DNA of 5,545 bases from Paramicrosporidium saccamoebae KSL3 (taxonomy: Eukaryota; Fungi; Cryptomycota). Shown here in pieces: positions 1-5,545 of the stretch. The position numbers and the translations under genes were made by a program. Below the pieces are notes generated by a model that worked only from the letters and a program-made list of their open reading frames with translations, made no database searches and had not been told where the DNA came from. Within the stretch, counting starts at the first letter, position 1; every line of letters begins with the position of its first letter. Where the stretch lies: assembly GCA_002794465.1 (NCBI GenBank), contig MTSL01000096.1:1-5545 (forward strand), written 5' to 3'.

Positions 1-52
1 CTCATGGGTAGTGGAATGGGCCATGCATAACGATTCACGGGAACTACTTGAA
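1..52 (+). repeat. Terminal direct repeat copy 1 (52 bp; circular-contig overlap)
   Basis: ctcatgggtagtggaatgggccatgcataacgattcacgggaactacttgaa at 1-52 is identical to 5494-5545; lies inside a continuous reading frame. Confidence 0.97.
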
Positions 53-1150
53 ATCCTATACAAGCGGAAAAGGGATTTTTCACTGGACCAGGAGAGCTTG
101 GACTATGCTGCTAATTATGGAAGCCTAAAAGTTCTTCAGTGGGCTTACTTTACTGCTCCTACAGTACAGCCGAGTAAGGCTTGCATATCATCAATCATGG
201 TCCGCGGGTTCGTTAAGGTATTTGAATTTCTGTATCGTCACAACAAAGAGTTTCTGCCTGAAGCCTATCAAGAAACGGAAGCACATTGGGACACTATATG
301 GCATCATGACATGATTGTTAAATTGTATGGTATTGCACCTAAACTGGTTCCGCTAGAGCTGCTCTATCGTCATTCTATAGAGCTGAAGAAGTACCAGGCG
401 GCTCTCTGGACAGGCAAACAAATTTACAAGACAAAAGGCGATATAATCTTTACAGCGGAAGATTTCAATACTGCGATCGGACATGAGGCATGGCCATTTG
501 TTACTTGGGCCGTAGAGAAGCAACCACAACTACTGCCTAGCAGGGAAACTATTGATTCCTGGCGACCCGGATGGGGTATTAACATGGAGGTGCGAAGAGA
601 ATTTTTAGCGCTTCTAGACTATCTTTATGGCAAGACTAAAGATAGATGGTACATGCCCACGGTAGAAGACCTAAAAAACCAGCCAGCTGAATGTATACAG
701 AGTGTGTATTTTCATGATCCAGGACATTTTACTGATCAAGACTTGTTGAAGCTTTGTGCTTCCAAAGAGACTGGCACGGACATTCACGAATGGCTTTCCG
801 GAGCTCTGGGTATGGATGTCGCTAACTCGGAGATGGCTGGCGCGGCAGCGTCTATGGGGAACATTGAAGCACTAGATTGGATTACTGAAAAGAATCCAGA
901 AGCATTCCCGTCTAAAGACTTTCTCCAGCGCTTGTTTAGGGTGTCACGGTACTTTAGGAAGTCGATGGAGTTAGTGCTATGGGTTTTTGTAAAAAGGCCC
1001 GAGCTGCTTCCAGATTGGAAGTATATTCAGAGATGGACCAGCTTTGGTGAATCTTTAGTGATACTGGAAAGAGTGAAAGATTACCAGGAAAGAAACGCGG
1101 GGGAGTTGCAGGTAGAGCAAATAGAGCAAGAAACTACGAGGACTGGTTAA
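2..1150 (+). CDS. ORF-A 3' part: degenerate ankyrin-like repeat region of the 624-aa protein (the 379-aa track ORF at 11 is a truncated view)
   Basis: Frame +2 open from base 2 to TAA 1148-1150; ankyrin-like helical motifs SLDYAANYGSLKVLQWAY (95-148) and MAGAAASMGNIEALDW (833-880); similarity to ORF-B C-terminal half (KLVPL, LPS, KTK motifs). Confidence 0.9.
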   Translation, partial: SWVVEWAMHNDSRELLEILYKRKRDFSLDQESLDYAANYGSLKVLQWAYFTAPTVQPSKACISSIMVRGFVKVFEFLYRHNKEFLPEAYQETEAHWDTIWHHDMIVKLYGIAPKLVPLELLYRHSIELKKYQAALWTGKQIYKTKGDIIFTAEDFNTAIGHEAWPFVTWAVEKQPQLLPSRETIDSWRPGWGINMEVRREFLALLDYLYGKTKDRWYMPTVEDLKNQPAECIQSVYFHDPGHFTDQDLLKLCASKETGTDIHEWLSGALGMDVANSEMAGAAASMGNIEALDWITEKNPEAFPSKDFLQRLFRVSRYFRKSMELVLWVFVKRPELLPDWKYIQRWTSFGESLVILERVKDYQERNAGELQVEQIEQETTRTG

Positions 1151-1351
1151 GTGACGATGATGGACCGAGCTCTTGTTATGTGACTAAATATGAAACGAGG
1201 AGTCCGAGACAAGGAGCGGAACGAGTAGTATTTTAGAGGACTAACACTATAAAAGCTGGGTTTATTATATAGTGGGTTCTCCTGGTGCGTATTAGTGATC
1301 AATTTACGGAGTAGCAATTCTTCCTCGATTGCGGGTTGGCCTATCACCAAT

Positions 1352-1357
1352 AATAAA
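1352..1357 (+). terminator. Possible polyadenylation signal AATAAA for ORF-A
   Basis: AATAAA about 200 nt after the ORF-A stop; a single hexamer, so weak evidence. Confidence 0.3.
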
Positions 1358-1564
1358 GCAAACACAAGTACTTGAGTAGTGTAGCGACGTTTCGAAGGGG
1401 CTTTTAGCAGCGCTGCTTGTCAATCAGGATCATGATGTCACGTAGTGGGGATAGCACCACAGACGGGAAAGGGGGTTTGTTTACTGCTAATTTTGTAATA
1501 GTATGGATACCCAGCAAAGCGATCCACTCTAGCACACAAATACCCAGCAACTAGGTCTTTTCCA

Positions 1565-1718
1565 AACTAATCAATCCTCTGCCTCTACGTCACATAGCCA
1601 ACTAGTCAATCCTCTGCCTCTACGTCACATAGCCAACTAATCAATCCTCTGCCTCTGCCTCTACCTCTACCTCTACCTCTACCTCTACCTCTACCTCTAC
1701 CTCTACCTCTACGTCACA
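1565..1718 (+). repeat. 35-bp tandem repeat x3 (AACTARTCAATCCTCTGCCTCTACGTCACATAGCC); third copy internally expanded
   Basis: Copies at 1565-1599 and 1600-1634 (one mismatch); third starts at 1635 and resumes ACGTCACA at 1711-1718 after the hexamer run. Confidence 0.95.
1651..1710 (+). repeat. Hexamer microsatellite (RCCTCT)10: GCCTCT x2 + ACCTCT x8; (AGAGGY)n on the minus strand
   Basis: Counted directly: GCCTCT 1651-1662, ACCTCT x8 1663-1710. Confidence 0.95.
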
Positions 1719-1869
1719 GCGGTACATGGCCCCCTAGGAAGCGGCCAGTAGGCCTTTGAAAATGACGCTAGGTTAGTACGTCCGTGGCGATGCTTGCTGC
1801 AAAACAACTGAAAAGCACTAGCTCTATCTTATTTGTGTAATGCTCCTTACTTTTGCGTCTATCTATCAC

Positions 1870-4029
1870 TCAGTTATTGTCGGGGTTTTCACTACATTTC
1901 CCCGCTATCCAGATGACGACAGCGGCGTGCCGCGTAGACCAATTTTTTCTTGCCGCGGCAAAACTTTGAACACTGCATACCAACGACGGATTGCTGGCGT
2001 GTATCGTCTTTAGAAGCTCGAGATTGCCTGCCGTTACAACCATTTCCACAATGTTTAAAGTTATGGGCGACACATGTCCAATCAGCCACTTTACTACTTG
2101 TGCATGCCTCCACTTAAAAGCGCTCTCTATCATGCTTGCTTCAGCTTTGAAAGTACCTTTTGTCTTGAATGCAATCCATTTGAATAAGCGTAGCCATGCC
2201 TCTTCAGGCACATCATTTAATCTCAGAGCGTAAAATGTGTCCAGACTTGGAAGCACATTGTCCAAATAGTTTTCTAATACCCAGTCCATCTCCTCCTGCT
2301 TATTGTGCATGGCCGCGTAGACGATGCATTTTCTGCAAACTACTGTAAGTGGCACTAGCTTGGTGCAAGTTCCGAATGTTTCATGCAAAACTGCAAAGTT
2401 GCCCTTCTTACAGCCAAGTTCCACAGGATAACTGTCCGGGAGAGTAGCGGACGTGTCGTAGACCCATTTGAGGGTTTTAATGTGCCCATGACTAACTGCG
2501 ACATTTGCTATACCTTTCCATGGAAAATCCTCTACCGATTCAGCAAGTTCAGACTTTAATTTATCAAAGCAGACTTCTTCTGCCAACAACTCAAGTTTCA
2601 CATTAGGCGACAACTCGATCTTGATCTCATCCCGAAGATACTTGATGATTTGATGGGTGCTAATGAATTCCGAGTTGCGACGAGTCTCTCTCTCCCAACT
2701 TATATCAGGTTTCAACTCGTCAATAATCCACTTGATGATTTTTAAATGCCCAGATCTAAAGGCAACATCCAGCGAATGAGGTGGTAGGTCGAGTAGCGCC
2801 TTGTGTTTGTGCAGACATTTTAACGCATCAAGACTGCCCGTTGTGATCGCAGCAGCGCATACAGACTTGTGGTCGTAGACGACATCAGGATGTGCACTGA
2901 ATGCTTCCTGTAGCAAGGACCCGCAATCGTACGCGGCAAGCCATTCAAGATAGCTAGTGTTGATTGCCAACCTGCCATTTTTTAGTATCAGGCAATTCGT
3001 AGGGATTCGATAGTAGCCGATGCTAAAGAGGTCTTGAAGCTCATGGCTAGATTTCACATCACGGGGGGCAATGATGTGGTTAATGATGCGCGTTATAGTA
3101 TGCTGCTTGCCTACCAACTTGACGTCCTTTTTAATTTCGTCGACTCTTTCGGGATGGAAATGGGTAAGAATATTGAGCGCATCAAACTTGAGAATGTGCT
3201 CAAGCAATTTGTCATGGGGTAGTTCCTTCAAAAACGGTTCATTACACATCACCTCGTAAAAGCCAGCATTGTCGGCCTTGAAAATCATTGGCCAATGTTT
3301 ATTCCAGTCAAATTCCAGCCGGTCCGGAATGCTCTGAATAAAAGCTGGAGTCTCGTGTGTCATGGCCCGGGCCCAGTGCATCTGGTCCTCATCCTTCCAC
3401 ATTGGGCGATACATGAGCAATATCAGGACCTCGTAGCACTGGAAATCGAGTGCATGTTGTACTATTGTTTCCACATCCTTGAGTGCAATCACAGGACAGT
3501 CGGACGCTATGAGCCCTGCAAAGATAAAGTTTTCAGCGATAGCATCATTATCGTTTCTTGCAAGTTTTCTAAACATTTCGAGAGTGAGATTGAGAGATTT
3601 GAAATCCAGCTGGCTTCCCAATTCTGCTAGTTCAATGTAGTGTCCAAAGAGGTTTTCTCCCGGTTGAGTTTTTGACAGAATTGTGAAAATGCGACCAACC
3701 GGCGTATTGAGATCCAAGCCAACGCCGAATTGAGCAAGAAGGGACTTGGGGGTGGTGATATCAACGAGTTTAGTGTCGTTGGGAGTGACAGAAGCGACAG
3801 GAGGAGGCGTCGACGTAGGCGGTTTGGTGTCAGACGGCTTTGCACGCTTTTTTGGACGCTCCTCGTCGCTACTAGAAGACCTCTGACGCTTTTTTGGACG
3901 CTCCTCGTCGCTACTAGAAGACCTCTTACGCTTGTTTGAACGCTCTTCGGTTGGCGACAAAGATCCCTGGAGCTCTTGAAACCAACTGACCATGTAGAAC
4001 AATATGAGAAGGGGCAGCACGGACTTCAT
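1870..4029 (-). CDS. ORF-B: 719-aa putative secreted, nucleus-targeted ankyrin-like-repeat protein; paralog of ORF-A
   Basis: 2,160-nt ORF, ATG preceded by CAAG (A at -3). N-terminus MKSVLPLLILFYMVSWFQELQGS looks like a signal peptide, followed by basic KRKR/PKKR clusters and a Pro/Thr linker. About 7 ankyrin-like motifs (e.g. SLDVAFRSGHLKIIKWII, IANVAVSHGHIKTLKWVY, IVEMVVTAGNLELLKTIH). Function is inferred. Confidence 0.92.
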   Translation of the reverse strand: MKSVLPLLILFYMVSWFQELQGSLSPTEERSNKRKRSSSSDEERPKKRQRSSSSDEERPKKRAKPSDTKPPTSTPPPVASVTPNDTKLVDITTPKSLLAQFGVGLDLNTPVGRIFTILSKTQPGENLFGHYIELAELGSQLDFKSLNLTLEMFRKLARNDNDAIAENFIFAGLIASDCPVIALKDVETIVQHALDFQCYEVLILLMYRPMWKDEDQMHWARAMTHETPAFIQSIPDRLEFDWNKHWPMIFKADNAGFYEVMCNEPFLKELPHDKLLEHILKFDALNILTHFHPERVDEIKKDVKLVGKQHTITRIINHIIAPRDVKSSHELQDLFSIGYYRIPTNCLILKNGRLAINTSYLEWLAAYDCGSLLQEAFSAHPDVVYDHKSVCAAAITTGSLDALKCLHKHKALLDLPPHSLDVAFRSGHLKIIKWIIDELKPDISWERETRRNSEFISTHQIIKYLRDEIKIELSPNVKLELLAEEVCFDKLKSELAESVEDFPWKGIANVAVSHGHIKTLKWVYDTSATLPDSYPVELGCKKGNFAVLHETFGTCTKLVPLTVVCRKCIVYAAMHNKQEEMDWVLENYLDNVLPSLDTFYALRLNDVPEEAWLRLFKWIAFKTKGTFKAEASMIESAFKWRHAQVVKWLIGHVSPITLNIVEMVVTAGNLELLKTIHASNPSLVCSVQSFAAARKNWSTRHAAVVIWIAGKCSENPDNN
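3844..3926 (-). repeat. 42-bp-period in-frame tandem duplication in ORF-B encoding RSSSSDEERPKKR(Q/A) twice
   Basis: 3844-3884 and 3886-3926 are identical 41-mers; 14-codon period. Confidence 0.95.
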
Positions 4030-4768
4030 CTTGAGTGGTGCCCTGGTTGTTTACCTCGGTTTATTGTATAGCCCTCGGTCAATGTCGGTGTCGGTGTCGG
4101 GGATATGTGGGTTATTGGATTTTGTTACAAGTGGTTATAGTTGTGGTTATGGTTAAAAGCAATTGTCCTGTCGTGGAAGATATTGCAGCATAGTTGAGTG
4201 GATGCAATTGGAAAGTAGGCCAAGATTTCTTCATTGACTGCCAAGGTGTGGTGTGTGATGGACAGTTGTAAACAAGGCCTCTCATTGGCTAATAGCTGTG
4301 ATGTGCTTTGGACGAGTGTGAACAAGGTTATTTATTGGTCGTTGGCACCGAATATGTACCTGTTGGAGGTGCTGACAGAGTCTTATGTTGGGTTTTATAT
4401 TTTGGGCAATTGGTATCCCCCAAACAGCCCATCCATCTTGGCTAGATTGACATTCAGGTCCGAGTACGGGGTGTGTAAAGTAGTGGAGTGGGCCTAAAGA
4501 CTGTTTTATTAAGCTCTGCTGCTGGGCTTATGCGGCGAGGGGTGGACAAGTATGATCCGTCACTAATCAATGATAGCTCCGGTTAGCAACCTCGTCACTG
4601 ATTATAAACTTAGAGGAGAGGTTTGTGGTCAAAGCCATTTGCTTGAAGGCCTAGCGTAGCAAATTGATTGACCACGCTCACAGTAATTGGAAGCAGTATC
4701 ACCAACCAATAAATATTTTCATTCACACTCTGCCAGGGGTGCGCCGAAATTGCTTTGTGACCCATTGT
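4030..4768. promoter_or_regulatory. Divergent (bidirectional) promoter region between ORF-B and ORF-A
   Basis: Head-to-head gene arrangement; 7 CCAAT/ATTGG pentamers; AT-rich CAATAAA elements close upstream of both ATGs; no Shine-Dalgarno-like sequence before either ATG. Confidence 0.55.
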
Positions 4769-5545
4769 ATGCTATGCTTTGCGGTTGTTCCGCTCTTGTT
4801 CTTTCTAGGCAGAGGGAGTGGCTCCGGGGGCATAGACTTTGTTAGGTTGAGCGAACGTGGAAAAGACTTGTCACTGGGCAAACTCGACAAGGAGCTTGGA
4901 AAGGCCGTCGAAAAGGAAGGGATCCCTATTCGCGATGCGTGTACTATTGCCTTCAGTAACCAAATTTCTGATATAAATCCCAAGCGTCTTGTAGAAAAGG
5001 CGCTTCGCATGAACTACAAATACATTCTCTGCTGTGCTCAAAGAATGTTTCTTCTCGGCTCGGGGGGTCCGAGAGACTATCACTGGATTTACGCACGGCT
5101 GTTTGGATTGCCTTTGTTTCACGAGGAGCTGTGGGATGGCATGGTGTTTGACTGGAAAGTTTGTTGGGAACAAATATTCAGAGCCGATAACGTTGAATTC
5201 TTCAAATATGCAAGAGCAAATCCTTTGCTACTCGGCTTGGATACAGTTTTTGTACCATCTCAGGAGGCTTTGGAATTGTTCGACGCAGCCAAGATTCTTC
5301 AACATTTGGGGATGAATGTCAATCCTAAAGGTCGTGATGTGCAAGAATTGGTCAGATCGGGACACACCAATACTCTGCGTCTACTACACGAAAAAGATTC
5401 CACAATATTTGACGGTTTAACACTGGATTCGACTATTTTTGATCCTAATCTCCTTGATTTTCTTTTGTCAGTCAACAGCGACCTTGTGAATGTCTCATGG
5501 GTAGTGGAATGGGCCATGCATAACGATTCACGGGAACTACTTGAA
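4769..5545 (+). CDS. ORF-A 5' part: putative secreted ankyrin-like-repeat protein (624 aa when joined across the junction to 1150)
   Basis: Hand translation of frame +2: upstream stop TAG 4652-4654, first ATG 4769, then open to the window end (MLCFAVVPLLFFLGRGSGSGGIDFVRLSERGKDLSLGKLDKELG…FDWKVCWEQIFRADNVEFF…FDAAKILQHLG…VSWVVEWAMHNDSRELLE). Hydrophobic N-terminus; clear similarity to ORF-B. Start codon less certain than the frame. Confidence 0.9.
   Translation, partial: MLCFAVVPLLFFLGRGSGSGGIDFVRLSERGKDLSLGKLDKELGKAVEKEGIPIRDACTIAFSNQISDINPKRLVEKALRMNYKYILCCAQRMFLLGSGGPRDYHWIYARLFGLPLFHEELWDGMVFDWKVCWEQIFRADNVEFFKYARANPLLLGLDTVFVPSQEALELFDAAKILQHLGMNVNPKGRDVQELVRSGHTNTLRLLHEKDSTIFDGLTLDSTIFDPNLLDFLLSVNSDLVNVSWVVEWAMHNDSRELLE
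5494..5545 (+). repeat. Terminal direct repeat copy 2 (52 bp; circular-contig overlap, unit length 5,493 bp)
   Basis: Exact match to 1-52; 5,493 is divisible by 3 and frame +2 reads through the junction (…DLVNVSWVVEWAMHNDSRELLE|ILYKRKR…). Confidence 0.97.

Larger units (their letters stand above)
1..5545. mobile_element. Putative non-autonomous circular DNA element (5,493 bp) carrying two paralogous effector-like genes
   Basis: End overlap plus a gene reading through the junction; no recognisable rep, capsid, integrase or transposase. A chromosomal tandem array is not excluded. Confidence 0.55.

Noticed and set aside
1-52. 52-bp terminal repeat as an LTR, phage terminal repeat or IS end
   Set aside because: It lies inside a coding sequence that reads through the junction; no TG…CA ends, inverted repeats or transposase
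1226-1234. TAGTATTTT as a CRESS-DNA nonanucleotide origin
   Set aside because: Mismatches TAGTATTAC, has no flanking stem, and there is no HUH Rep
1253-1257. AGCT as a bracovirus circle-junction core, and the genes as vankyrins
   Set aside because: AGCT occurs several times by chance; vankyrins are short IkB-like proteins without signal peptides, unlike these 624/719-aa proteins. Only the architectural analogy is kept.
1147-1365. 72-aa minus-strand ORF in the convergent spacer
   Set aside because: Non-ATG start, short, no motif; only a weak hydrophobic start
1565-1718. 35-bp repeats as a CRISPR array
   Set aside because: Units are directly adjacent with no unique spacers; no cas genes
1892-3845. 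Other short ORFs overlapping ORF-B (1892-2113, 1991-2233, 3034-3222, 3071-3259, 3295-3630, 3627-3845)
   Set aside because: Nested or antisense to a long real gene, with no recognisable motifs
3730-3939. 69-aa + strand ORF with poly-Arg and a duplicated segment
   Set aside because: Antisense shadow of the low-complexity, duplicated N-terminus of ORF-B
4084-4100. (GTCGGT)x2-3 short repeat
   Set aside because: Too short to distinguish from local slippage
4234-4497. 87-aa ORF ending VVEWA, with 4480-4494 matching ORF-A 8-22 at 14/15 nt
   Set aside because: TTG start, no recognisable motif; a rough estimate gives of order one such 14/15 match by chance in 5.5 kb
4723-5517. Short track ORFs 4723-5010, 4871-5173, 5034-5315 and 5299-5517
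   Set aside because: They overlap the true frame +2 ORF-A 5' part, which is supported by paralogy to ORF-B
1-5545. Polyomavirus or papillomavirus (similar size, divergent genes)
   Set aside because: No J-domain HPDKGG, SF3 helicase Walker A or capsid-like protein; both ORFs are paralogous helical-repeat proteins

Overview
The last 52 nt (5494-5545) are identical to the first 52 nt, and the overlap falls in the middle of an open reading frame. The window is therefore best read as a complete 5,493-bp circular molecule, or one unit of a collapsed tandem array. Closed into a circle it carries just two long, intron-free, divergently transcribed genes. ORF-A (+, 4769..5493 joined to 1..1150, 624 aa) crosses the junction, and its 5' part is missing from the supplied ORF track. 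ORF-B is on the - strand (1870..4029, 719 aa). The two proteins are full-length paralogs. Each has a signal-peptide-like N-terminus, a shared domain I do not recognise (HW...FDWxxxWxxIFxADN...FDAxxILxH) and degenerate ankyrin-like repeats. ORF-B also has a tandemly duplicated bipartite-NLS-like segment. The 739-bp divergent spacer has eukaryote-style promoter motifs. The 719-bp convergent spacer holds a 35-bp tandem repeat with an internal (ACCTCT)n expansion and a palindrome cluster, a candidate cis-acting origin. I see no replication, capsid, integrase or transposase gene. The working hypothesis is a non-autonomous 'effector-only' DNA minicircle of a eukaryotic parasite, symbiont or multipartite virus. 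Host and family cannot be determined from the sequence alone.
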